A stretch of DNA of 36,039 bases, from positions 1 through 36,039 of the forward strand of contig JARKSN010000093.1 in NCBI GenBank assembly GCA_029974275.1. Reading direction: 5' to 3'. Made by a program: the position numbers and the translations under genes. The number at the start of each line of letters is the position of its first letter. The first letter of the stretch is position 1. The notes under the pieces were generated by a model. The model did not search any database, had not been told where the DNA came from, and was given only the letters and a program-made list of their open reading frames with translations. Origin of the DNA: Candidatus Hydrogenedentota bacterium. Its GTDB lineage: Bacteria > Hydrogenedentota > Hydrogenedentia > Hydrogenedentales > SLHB01. Of this stretch, positions 9,725 through 18,124 are shown piece after piece.

Positions 9725-9835
9725 CGATCCCGCGTGGAGTTTTTGCGTCTTCGTTCCCTTTTCACTAACATAAAGGGCCTTTAGAAAGGTCATAGGGTCG
9801 TCTTTCCAAGATACGGAACCTACTGGAGTGGAATC

Positions 9836-11536
9836 ATGGTTCTTGTTGACATAGTGGTCTTTGTGTTTGTTCTGGGCTTGTTGGTTTTTGTGCATGAGCT
9901 GGGTCATTTTGTGGCGGCCAAATCGTGCGGCATTTACTGCGCTCGGTTCAGCCTTGGCATGCCCCCCCGGGTTTGGGGATTCCAATGGGGCGATACCGAT
10001 TATTGTCTCGGGGCGCTGCCGATTGGCGGCTACGTGAAGATGGCCGGTCAGGAAGACAAGCCGTTGAGCGACGAGGAGAGGCAGCAAGAGTATGGCGACG
10101 TTCCGCCAGACCGCTGGTTCAACAACAAGACGGTTTGGCAACGCGTCATTGTGATTGTTGCGGGACCGCTCATGAACCTGGCGCTGGGCTTTGTGTTGTA
10201 CGGCATTGTCGCGGCCATGGGGGGCCTGGTGCCCGAATCGAAGATCGACAACCGGATCGGCTATATCGAGCCTGGTTCGCCCGCTCAGACCGCCCCGCTG
10301 CACCGCATGACCGAAGGCGGGGGCATGGACTTTGCGCGTCCTCCCGACGCCGTGGGCTGGAAAACGGGCGATCGCATTCTCTCGGTCGGCGGCAAACCCG
10401 TGGACAATATCCTCGACGTGGCGATGCGCGCCATTCTTGGGGGAGAGAACATGACGGAGGTGGTGCTGGAACGAGCCGACGCGACCGGCGGTTTCACGCG
10501 CTATCTTTCCCCCGTTCAGCCTAGGATTCTTGATGACTCGAAGCATCCCCGTTTTGGCGTGCAGCCTTTCTCGACCGCGTTGGTGAAAGCGGTGACGCCC
10601 GGCATGCCGGCGGCCGACGTCATCCAGCCGGGCGACGTGATCGTCCGGCTCAATGGCGAATTAATCGATTCGCAAACCTTTACGCGCGCCGTCGAATCGC
10701 TTCCTGCGGGCCAGTCTGTCGTCTTGGAAGTGGAACGAGAGGGACGGCGTGTTCCCGCGACCATCGTTCCTGCCACTGTGGGCCGCATGAAAGGAGTCCG
10801 GTTTTTTCCTTGGCTCGATGAGGAAATGGAGAAATCCCAAGACGCTCCCCTTACCGTACTGGGCACTACTCCGGACATGAAGGAGAAGACGGATTTGCGG
10901 GCTGGAGACGTCGTCGTGGCGATTGATGGCCAACCCGCGACGCCCGTTCTGTTGCGCGGCTATGAAAAGGACCGCCCCGGACAAACCGTTACGTTGACGA
11001 TCAAGCGTCCCGATGTCTGGTTCGGGCTGCTTCGCAAAGGCGAGACCAAACAGGTTGTCGTTGCCATTGACGAAGTGCGCGCGGTGGGCATGGAATGGGA
11101 CACGAAGATGACGTATCAGCGCGTTCCTCCCGCGCAGGTCGTTCCCGAGGCGTTCGCGCGCGGCATTCGCGCATTGAGCGTGACCATGGAGACGTTGATC
11201 GGCCTGACGACCGGAAACGTGACGCCCAAGGAACTCGGCGGCCCCGTCCTGATCTATCAGGCGACCACCGGCGCCGCGCGCATGGGATATACGTGGCTGC
11301 TGGAAATGACCGCTTTCATCAGCGTCAACCTATGCGTCTTCAATCTGTTGCCCTTGCCCGTGCTGGACGGAGGACAACTCGTGTTTTTGGCCATCGAAGG
11401 CGTGCGCCGGAAGCCCGTGAGTCTCAGAATCCAGGAATGGGTGCAGCAAGCGGGCTTGGTGCTGATCGTGGCGTTGATTTTGTACGTCACCTACAACGAT
11501 CTCGTGCGTATCGTCACCAACCGTCTGCAACAATAG
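9836..11536 (+). CDS. rseP: RIP metalloprotease RseP with multiple PDZ domains
   Basis: VHELGHF, LPIGGYVKM, AGPLMN, PDZ-like GDRILSVGG / GDVIVRLNG / GDVVVAIDG, FNLLPLPVLDGG. Confidence 0.93.
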   Translation: MVLVDIVVFVFVLGLLVFVHELGHFVAAKSCGIYCARFSLGMPPRVWGFQWGDTDYCLGALPIGGYVKMAGQEDKPLSDEERQQEYGDVPPDRWFNNKTVWQRVIVIVAGPLMNLALGFVLYGIVAAMGGLVPESKIDNRIGYIEPGSPAQTAPLHRMTEGGGMDFARPPDAVGWKTGDRILSVGGKPVDNILDVAMRAILGGENMTEVVLERADATGGFTRYLSPVQPRILDDSKHPRFGVQPFSTALVKAVTPGMPAADVIQPGDVIVRLNGELIDSQTFTRAVESLPAGQSVVLEVEREGRRVPATIVPATVGRMKGVRFFPWLDEEMEKSQDAPLTVLGTTPDMKEKTDLRAGDVVVAIDGQPATPVLLRGYEKDRPGQTVTLTIKRPDVWFGLLRKGETKQVVVAIDEVRAVGMEWDTKMTYQRVPPAQVVPEAFARGIRALSVTMETLIGLTTGNVTPKELGGPVLIYQATTGAARMGYTWLLEMTAFISVNLCVFNLLPLPVLDGGQLVFLAIEGVRRKPVSLRIQEWVQQAGLVLIVALILYVTYNDLVRIVTNRLQQ

Positions 11537-11619
11537 ACTTGTCTCACGGCGCGTTCCCGCGCGTCGATGCCATCGGAAAAGCGAACGACAACGAATCGAA
11601 ACAGAGAAGCGAGGAGACC

Positions 11620-12924
11620 ATGGACAGCATCACCTGCAAATTCGGCGGCACTTCGTTGGCGGATGCGAGTTGTTTTCGCGCCGTTGCAGCGATTGTTCGA
11701 GCCAAGGCGGAGCGGCGTTTTATCGTGCCATCGGCTCCCGGCAAACGTTCCCCGGACGACAAGAAAATCACCGATCTCCTCTATTTGTGGCACGGCATGA
11801 GCCAGCAGGGGCTTGATCCCTCCCAGCCCCGAGGCATGATTGCCGAACGCTTTATGCAGCTGGCGCAGGAGTTGAATCAGCCTTTTGACATCGAGCGTTT
11901 GCTGGAGGAAATCGCCGCCGGCGGGCTCTCCCATCCCGAACCTGATTTTATGGCGTCGCGCGGCGAGTACCTGAGCGGACGTCTCATGGCCGGGCTGTTG
12001 GGGGCTGCGTTCGTGGACCCGGCGGACTATATCAAGTTCGATGAAGAGGGCGTCTTGGATCCGCGGACCTACGTCTTGCTCGGGGAGGCTCTCAAGGGCC
12101 CCGGTCTTTTTGTGATACCGGGGTTTTACGGGGCGACGCCCGATGGCCGTATCAAGACATTTTCGCGCGGCGGGAGCGACGTGACCGGGGCGATCGTGGC
12201 GCGCGCCTCGAACTCGGTCTTGTATGAGAATTGGACGGATGTCTCGGGTTTTCTCATGGCGGATCCGCGCATCGTTCCGGACGCCAAGCATATTGACGAG
12301 GTGACCTACCGCGAATTGCGCGAGCTTTCTTACATGGGCGCAAACGTGCTGCACGACGAAGCGATCTTTCCGGTGCGCGCTTCGCGCATCCCTATCAACA
12401 TCCGCAACACCAAGGAGCCCGAGGCGCCCGGCACGATGATCGTCGCGGAGCGTGAAGCCACTCATCCCGTCTGCGGCATCGCGGGGCGGAAAGGCTTCAC
12501 GATGATCAACATCGAGAAAACGTTGATGAACCGGGAACGCGGATTTGGACGCCGGGTCCTGTCCGTCCTCGAGGCGCATGGCGTTAGTTTTGAGCACATG
12601 CCCACGGGCATCGACACCATTTCGTTGATCATCAAGGATGAGGAACTCGCCAACCATGGTCACGCCGTGCTCAAGGAGATCGAACGCGTTTGCGAACCCG
12701 ATCGCGTGACGCTCACTCCGGGGCTCGCCATCATTGCGACTGTGGGACAAGGGATGGCCGGCCATGTGGGCGTTGCCGCGCGTCTATGCGTCGCCCTGGC
12801 CGATGCAAAGGTCAATTTGCGCGTGATCGATCAAGGGTCCTCGGAAAACAACATCATCATCGGGGTGGAAGAGAACGATCTCGACACGGCCGTGCGGGCC
12901 ATCTACAACGCGTTCAAGCCGTAG
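11620..12924 (+). CDS. lysC: Aspartate kinase with two ACT domains (YclM/AK III-like)
   Basis: KFGGTSLA, SAPGKR, ASRGE, TFSRGGSDVTG, ENWTDVSG..ADPRIV, ELSYMGANVLH; GAGGAG SD before ATG 11620. Confidence 0.9.
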   Translation: MDSITCKFGGTSLADASCFRAVAAIVRAKAERRFIVPSAPGKRSPDDKKITDLLYLWHGMSQQGLDPSQPRGMIAERFMQLAQELNQPFDIERLLEEIAAGGLSHPEPDFMASRGEYLSGRLMAGLLGAAFVDPADYIKFDEEGVLDPRTYVLLGEALKGPGLFVIPGFYGATPDGRIKTFSRGGSDVTGAIVARASNSVLYENWTDVSGFLMADPRIVPDAKHIDEVTYRELRELSYMGANVLHDEAIFPVRASRIPINIRNTKEPEAPGTMIVAEREATHPVCGIAGRKGFTMINIEKTLMNRERGFGRRVLSVLEAHGVSFEHMPTGIDTISLIIKDEELANHGHAVLKEIERVCEPDRVTLTPGLAIIATVGQGMAGHVGVAARLCVALADAKVNLRVIDQGSSENNIIIGVEENDLDTAVRAIYNAFKP

Positions 12925-12993
12925 ATCGCAGGCGCCGGGCTGCGCCGTCTTTGATATCTGCGCCGCAGGGGCAACGCAGCGATCTTGCCCGTG

Positions 12994-14310
12994 CTACTTT
13001 GCAGGAAGAGCCTGAGGCTCCGATTGCCCTTTCGCGTCGATTGGCGCATGGGAAAAGTTTTGCGGCGAGGGAGCGGAAGGCGTGAACGTCATGTCGGTCG
13101 TGACCACGACGATCCCCTTTTCGCTTACGTGAAACCTCCGGGCGTCCTCGGCGGGATCATGGCCGATGACGATGCCTTCCGGAATGGATACGCCGGCCTC
13201 GATAATCGCTCGTTTGATGCGGGCGTGTCGGCCAACGCGAACGCCGTGCATGAGGATGGACTCCTCGACCAGCGAGTAGCTGTTGATGCGCACATCGGGC
13301 GACAGGACGCTTCGGCGCACCATGCCGCCGCTGAGAATGCATCCTGGGCTCACGATCGAGTCCACCGCCACGCCGAAGCGCACGCCGGGATCGCCAAACA
13401 CGAATTTTGCGGGGGGAGAAGTCGAAAACCGCGTGCGAACCGGCCAGTCCTTGTCGTAGAGGTTGAAGAGAGGGTCTACGGCAACCAATTCCATATTCGC
13501 TTCCCAATAGGAATCGAGCGTGCCCACGTCGCGCCAGTAGCGGGCCGATTTCTTGTTCTCGTCCTGGAACATATACGCGAACACGCGGTGGGTTTTGATG
13601 AGACGCGGGATGATGTCCTTGCCGAAATCGTGGGAGGAATCCGTCTGGCGGGCGTCTTCGAACAGCGCTTCCCGCAGGACGTTGGTGTTGAAAATGTAGA
13701 TGCCCATGCTGGCAAGGGCAATCCCGGGATTCTGGGGCACGGGATGCGGATGTTTGGGTTTTTCCTCGAAGCCAATGACGCGGGTTTCTGTGTCGATTTC
13801 AAGCACGCCGAAGCGGGAGGCCTCTTGAAGAGGCGTTTCGATGGCGGCCACCGTCATGTCGGCCCCGACGCGGCGATGAAACGCGAGCATTTTCCGGTAA
13901 TTCATCTTGTACAGATGATCGCCGGACAGGATGATGACCTGTTCGGGGTTTTCCGCCTCGACCGAATACAGGTTCTGGTAAATGGCATCGGCCGTGCCGA
14001 GATACCAGGTGTCGCCAACGCGTTGTTGCGGCGCCAGCACTTCGACGAAGTCGTCGTATTCCGGATGGTTGATGTTCCAGCCGCCGCGAATGTGGCGCGA
14101 CAAGGAAAGGGATTTGTATTGGACGATCACCTGCACCTTGCGGCATTGCGAGTTGATGCAGTTGGAAAGCGTGAAGTCGATGATGCGATACATGCCGCCA
14201 AAGGGAACCGCCGGCTTCGCGTCGTGGCGCGTCAGGGGATGCAGGCGTTCCCCCACTCCGCCGGCAAGGACCACCGCCAACACGTTTTTCATGGATTCGG
14301 GGTTCGTCAC
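12994..14310 (-). CDS. glgC: Glucose-1-phosphate adenylyltransferase
   Basis: LAGGVGERLHPLT..AKPAVPFGGMYRIIDFTLSNC, WYLGTADAIYQN, LSGDHLYKMNY, FEEKP, SSHDFGKDIIP, YWRDVGT; GTG start overlaps the upstream stop (GTGA). Confidence 0.95.
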   Translation of the reverse strand: MTNPESMKNVLAVVLAGGVGERLHPLTRHDAKPAVPFGGMYRIIDFTLSNCINSQCRKVQVIVQYKSLSLSRHIRGGWNINHPEYDDFVEVLAPQQRVGDTWYLGTADAIYQNLYSVEAENPEQVIILSGDHLYKMNYRKMLAFHRRVGADMTVAAIETPLQEASRFGVLEIDTETRVIGFEEKPKHPHPVPQNPGIALASMGIYIFNTNVLREALFEDARQTDSSHDFGKDIIPRLIKTHRVFAYMFQDENKKSARYWRDVGTLDSYWEANMELVAVDPLFNLYDKDWPVRTRFSTSPPAKFVFGDPGVRFGVAVDSIVSPGCILSGGMVRRSVLSPDVRINSYSLVEESILMHGVRVGRHARIKRAIIEAGVSIPEGIVIGHDPAEDARRFHVSEKGIVVVTTDMTFTPSAPSPQNFSHAPIDAKGQSEPQALPAK

Positions 14311-14945
14311 GCGTTCCTCTCTTCCCATCCGACGAATGCGCGGCACGGCGCGCCATCAGCTCCCCTCAGTGCCAGCGGGAGCGCCGTAAATAAGCACTCG
14401 CCCGGCTTGACCCGGTCGAGCAGCAGTCCTTCAACCACGAGGATGTTGCGGCGCAGCAGAATATGGTGGGTGTCCTGTCCAACCTGCTTATAGGGCGCCA
14501 CCGACAGGTAGTCTACACCAACTAAACGAACCGAATCATCCGCCAGACGTTGCGCGGCGCATGGAGACAACGCCGTGTAATCGGTCCGAAACGGGCCGTC
14601 CACGGGGAAATGGGAGTTGCGGGTCTTGAACAGCACCCGAGGGGGCAACGGAGCGACGGGCAAATCGTTCGCGGTGATAATCTTGAGATCGGGCAGGGAT
14701 ATCACGGTGGCCGGCCCGAAAAAGATCGACGTATCGACAGCGTCCAAGCGGGAGCCCGAGTCCTCGAAATGCCACGGCGCGTCGATGTGCGTGCCGATGT
14801 GCGTACCGCAGGTCAGCGTCGACACGTTGCAACTATCGCCCGAGGCAATCCGCCGTGACGGGTGGAACGCAAAAGGCGGATCGCCCGGCCATACCGTCAT
14901 GTTCGGATGCATGGGAATCGTGACATCCACCCAATGCACAGGCAT
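14307..14945 (-). CDS. Cyclase family protein (kynurenine formamidase KynB-like)
   Basis: VWPGDP, THIGTHIDAPWHF (HxGTHxDAP), LVGVDYLSV, VVEGL, ALPL..GADGAPCRA. Confidence 0.88.
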   Translation of the reverse strand: MPVHWVDVTIPMHPNMTVWPGDPPFAFHPSRRIASGDSCNVSTLTCGTHIGTHIDAPWHFEDSGSRLDAVDTSIFFGPATVISLPDLKIITANDLPVAPLPPRVLFKTRNSHFPVDGPFRTDYTALSPCAAQRLADDSVRLVGVDYLSVAPYKQVGQDTHHILLRRNILVVEGLLLDRVKPGECLFTALPLALRGADGAPCRAFVGWEERNA

Positions 14946-15056
14946 GCATATCCCCTTTTGCGCTTGGATTGACCTTCAAACGCGGACGCACCGCATCCCA
15001 GTTTATAGGTTAATCATGCCGCATATATAAATATTGCCTTAAACGCCACCAAAAAA

Positions 15057-15746
15057 TCAATTATTTTTGGCATTCAGGGCGGCGTGGGCCAAGGCCGCGA
15101 TCGTCTCGACAGCCTGATCGATAGTCATGTGCGTCGTGTCCACCAGGATAGCGTCCGCGGCGCGGCGTAATGGCGCCACGGCCCGGGAGCGGGTTTTCTC
15201 GTCGCGCTCGTGAATCTCCGCGCGGAGGGATTCGAAATCGACGGCGATGCCGCGGGCCTGCAATTCGGCCAAACGGCGCCGGGAGCGTTCGTCGAGCGAG
15301 GCATCGAGGAAGACCTTGCATTTGGCCGCAGGAAAAACCACCGTGCCCATGTCGCGGCCTTCGGCGACTGTTGGGCGGCGCGCCCCGTATTGCCGCTGCA
15401 ATGCGACGAGGTGTTCGCGGACCTGGGGCACTTGGTCGAGACGATATATTTCGCGCGTGACCTCGGGCGTGCGGATGGCCTTTGTAATGTCGTGGTCGCC
15501 CACGAATACCTGCAGTCCGTTGTCGGCATCGCGCAGTTCCAACGGCATCTCGCGCGTCGCGGCGGCCAGCGCGCCCGGGTCCTCAAGGTTCACGCCCTGG
15601 CGCAGCGCCCACCATGTCGACGCGCGGTACATTGCCCCGGTGTCCAAAAAGGCATACCCCAGCGCATCGGCCACGCGCCGCGCAACCGTGCTTTTTCCGG
15701 CGCCGGCCGGGCCGTCGATCGCCACAATTTCCGTGATGGGCTCCAT
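15057..15746 (-). CDS. cmk: Cytidylate kinase
   Basis: AIDGPAGAGKSTVA, LDTGAMYRA, VAEGRDMGTVVFP, RAVAPL. Confidence 0.95.
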   Translation of the reverse strand: MEPITEIVAIDGPAGAGKSTVARRVADALGYAFLDTGAMYRASTWWALRQGVNLEDPGALAAATREMPLELRDADNGLQVFVGDHDITKAIRTPEVTREIYRLDQVPQVREHLVALQRQYGARRPTVAEGRDMGTVVFPAAKCKVFLDASLDERSRRRLAELQARGIAVDFESLRAEIHERDEKTRSRAVAPLRRAADAILVDTTHMTIDQAVETIAALAHAALNAKNN

Positions 15747-15790
15747 AGAATCTCCCGAGGGCCACGCGCCGTTCCGTTCCGATGCGGCCC

Positions 15791-15819
15791 TTGACATCCC
15801 CGCGCGTCGTCGGCACAAT
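15791..15819 (+). promoter_or_regulatory. Putative sigma70 promoter of the alanine symporter gene
   Basis: TTGACA-N17-CACAAT, 27 nt upstream of ATG 15847. Confidence 0.6.
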
Positions 15820-15846
15820 CCTCGCAGCCAACAGGGGGCTCCTTAC

Positions 15847-17202
15847 ATGGAAACAGTTCTAACATCGCTGGAGACCGTCTTGACGAAGGTCAACGGCGTT
15901 GTGTGGGGGCCAGTCATGTTGTGCCTGCTTTTCGGCGCCCACTTGATTTTGACCTATCGGCTACGCTTCATTCAACGCTACATTGGCACGGGCATTCGTC
16001 TTTCCCTGGCGGGGCGGGAAGGCGGACAGGGCGACATCAGTCATTTCGGCGCGCTCACGACGGCCCTGGCGGCGACCATCGGAGCCGGCAATATCATTGG
16101 CGTGGCGACGGCGATTGGGATTGGCGGTCCGGGCGCGGTGTTGTGGATGTGGCTTACGGGCGTTTTCGGGATCGCCACCAAATACGCCGAGGCGCTTCTG
16201 GCGGTCAAATACCGCGTTGTCACGCCCGACGGACGGACCGTCGGCGGGCCCATGTACGTGATCGCGCGCGGACTGAAATGCAAATGGCTTGCGGCGCTGT
16301 TCGCGGCGTTCACGGCAATCGCCGCGTTTGGCATTGGCAACATGTATCAGGCCAATGCCATTGCCTCGCTGGCCACGGAGACGTACGGCATTCCCCCTTG
16401 GGTTTCGGGCTCCCTCATGACGGTCTTGACTGCCTTGGTTATCTTAGGCGGCATCCGGTCGATCGCGCGCGTCTGCGAAATTCTTGTTCCCTTCATGGCG
16501 ATTGCCTATGTGGGCGGATGTCTGATTCTGCTGGCGATGGGGTGGCGAGGAGTTCCCGAAACGATAGGGTTGATCTGTTCCAGCGCGTTTACCGGTCATG
16601 CCGCGGCGGGCGGTTTTGCCGGCGCCGGAGTCATGATTGCGATCCGCTGGGGCATTGCCCGGGGGCTTTTCTCGAACGAATCCGGTCTGGGAAGTGCCCC
16701 CATCGTAGCGGCGGCGGCGCGAACCCGGAATCCTGTCCGCCAGGCATTGGTGTCTTCCACCGGCACTTTTTGGGACACCGTCGTGGTATGCTTACTGACC
16801 GGCATCGTTCTGGTGAACTCCGGCGAATGGCTCACCGGATGCAAGGATGCCGCGTTGACCAAGGCCGCGTTTGGCGATATTCCTCACCTTGGCCCTTTGG
16901 TCCTGAACGTGGGGCTGCTGACGTTCGTGTTTTCGACCATTCTCGGATGGTCCTATTATGGGGAGCGCGGCGCCGAATACCTCTTCGGGCCGCGCATCAT
17001 CTTTCCCTATCGCCTTCTTTGGGTCGCCAGCGTGATGGCGGGGGCGCTGGCGAAGCTTTCCCTGATCATTTCCTTTGCTGATATCGCCAACGCCTTGATG
17101 GCCGCCCCCAACCTCATTTCCCTGCTGCTTCTGAGCGGCGTGGTGGTGAAGGAGACCCAGAAATACCTTTGGAACCAACATCTTGACGATCCCGAAGACT
17201 AG
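15847..17202 (+). CDS. Alanine/glycine:cation symporter (AGCS family)
   Basis: ALAATIGAGNIIGVATAIGIGGPGAVLWMW, GGPMY, ARGLFSNESGLGSAPI, DTVVVC, FSTILGWSYYGE, ALMAAPNL. Confidence 0.93.
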   Translation: METVLTSLETVLTKVNGVVWGPVMLCLLFGAHLILTYRLRFIQRYIGTGIRLSLAGREGGQGDISHFGALTTALAATIGAGNIIGVATAIGIGGPGAVLWMWLTGVFGIATKYAEALLAVKYRVVTPDGRTVGGPMYVIARGLKCKWLAALFAAFTAIAAFGIGNMYQANAIASLATETYGIPPWVSGSLMTVLTALVILGGIRSIARVCEILVPFMAIAYVGGCLILLAMGWRGVPETIGLICSSAFTGHAAAGGFAGAGVMIAIRWGIARGLFSNESGLGSAPIVAAAARTRNPVRQALVSSTGTFWDTVVVCLLTGIVLVNSGEWLTGCKDAALTKAAFGDIPHLGPLVLNVGLLTFVFSTILGWSYYGERGAEYLFGPRIIFPYRLLWVASVMAGALAKLSLIISFADIANALMAAPNLISLLLLSGVVVKETQKYLWNQHLDDPED

Positions 17203-17336
17203 CCGGATTCCCCTTTCTTGACCGGAGCCGGGTTTCACGAAAAACTTGCTTTTTCCCTGCCGGATATGTAATGTTCGGTAAGGTCAAAGGTAATATGGTC
17301 AAGAGCGAGAAAATTATTTAGGCCGGTGATAGGGTG

Positions 17337-17365
17337 TTGACATTTGTACATCTGGATGGTATAGT
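17337..17365 (+). promoter_or_regulatory. Strong sigma70 promoter upstream of the peptide genes
   Basis: TTGACA (17337-42)-N17-TATAGT (17360-65) with TG extension and AT-rich upstream sequence. Confidence 0.75.
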
Positions 17366-17374
17366 ACACCATCC
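17354..17374. promoter_or_regulatory. Operator-like palindrome over the -10/+1 region
   Basis: GGATGGT-atagtac-ACCATCC, perfect 7-bp arms. Confidence 0.45.
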
Positions 17375-17438
17375 GTGGTGCGTTTAGGGTTACAATGGCT
17401 GGTAGTTGTGGGCTGGCGCCCCACGCAAGGAGGCAGCC

Positions 17439-17561
17439 GTGAAGCACGTTCGTAAAATATCGGCACTGCCCAGCGTTGCCGAAGACAACAAGCCCTTTGA
17501 TATTACGTTCATTACGGATATCATGCGGGCCTTCATCACCAAGAAGAGCGCCCAAACATAG
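17439..17561 (+). CDS. Putative RiPP precursor peptide 1 (40 aa): MKHVRKISALPSVAEDNKPFDITFITDIMRAFITKKSAQT
   Basis: AAGGAGG SD (17427-33) before GTG; shares the MKH leader and F..KK motif with the next two ORFs; below the ORF-track length cutoff. Confidence 0.8.
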   Translation: MKHVRKISALPSVAEDNKPFDITFITDIMRAFITKKSAQT

Positions 17562-17700
17562 GCCTCTTGGATAAGCGAGGAACTAGCCGCACGGTTCCAT
17601 GTGGGAACTAGGCGGAAAATGTAGTTCCGGGCCTGTTGCATACGTGAGAGTTATGCGGCGGCTCGAGGGGAAAACGGACAATGAACAAGGAGATTTCGCA

Positions 17701-17841
17701 ATGAAGCACATCAAGCACGTCACCGTGGCCAAGGCTGAGGCAAAGACCCTTCGCAGCGCCTTCGCGAATCTGAAGGAAGACCTGCAGAACGCTCTCGAAG
17801 CGTTCAAGGTGGAGAAGAAGGCCCCGGCGCAGCCCGAGTAA
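17701..17841 (+). CDS. Putative RiPP precursor peptide 2 (46 aa): MKHIKHVTVAKAEAKTLRSAFANLKEDLQNALEAFKVEKKAPAQPE
   Basis: AAGGAG SD (17687-92) before ATG; strongly biased codons (AAG, GCC, TTC, CTG); MKHIK start. Confidence 0.85.
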   Translation: MKHIKHVTVAKAEAKTLRSAFANLKEDLQNALEAFKVEKKAPAQPE

Positions 17842-17863
17842 TCGTACTCGAAGGAAGATCAAC

Positions 17864-17983
17864 GTGAAACACACGCGATTGGTGTCGAAAGTCCGCAAAG
17901 CGGATGCGTTTACTGATTTTTTGAACAGAGCGCAACGCGCTTGGTCGGACTTTGTGTTCGCCAAGAAAAATGCGGGTGGATAA
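17864..17983 (+). CDS. Putative RiPP precursor peptide 3 (39 aa): MKHTRLVSKVRKADAFTDFLNRAQRAWSDFVFAKKNAGG
   Basis: AAGGAAG SD before GTG 17864; MKH leader, A-D junction, FxxxKK motif. Confidence 0.8.
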   Translation: MKHTRLVSKVRKADAFTDFLNRAQRAWSDFVFAKKNAGG

Positions 17984-18004
17984 AAGATCGTAGGGTGTAT
18001 TCAG

Positions 18005-18043
18005 ATACCGGGGCTTCCTTGTGGAGTCCCGGTATTGTTTTGT
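18005..18043 (+). terminator. Terminator/attenuator-like hairpin between the precursor genes and the modification genes
   Basis: ataccggggcttc / ggagtcccggtat 13-bp stem (G-U pairs) followed by tgttttgt. Confidence 0.7.
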
Positions 18044-18124
18044 CTGTCGGCGCCGCGCGTATCCTGAAGCGGCATCATCCGGAAGACGTGGCGTAGCCTG
18101 CCGTAACTTCAAGATTGTTCAAAG

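Noticed and set aside
7580..10546. 988-aa antisense ORF, and similar long shadows (2193-4346, 12985-14493, 29673-31292, 26038-27639)
   Set aside because: They lie opposite or out of frame with clearly recognisable genes and show no motifs; expected from high-GC codon bias.
11095..11619. Long N-terminal extensions in the ORF track for lysC (also the symporter from 15247, permease from 20885, cvrA from 28055, CNNM from 33823)
   Set aside because: They overlap neighbouring genes or promoters; the downstream starts have SD or promoter support and match family N-termini.
17599..17700. N-terminal extension of the 80-aa ORF 17599-17841
   Set aside because: A strong SD precedes ATG 17701 and the MKH start matches the two sister peptides.
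17681..17704. 7-codon uORF (MNKEISQ) whose stop overlaps the peptide 2 start
   Set aside because: Too short to support and likely a by-product of the SD sequence.
17969..17983. Terminal GG of peptide 3 as a double-glycine leader or ubiquitin-like/sulfur-carrier C-terminus
   Set aside because: Not shared by the other two peptides, nothing follows it, and there is no C39 transporter or ThiF/E1 enzyme in the window.
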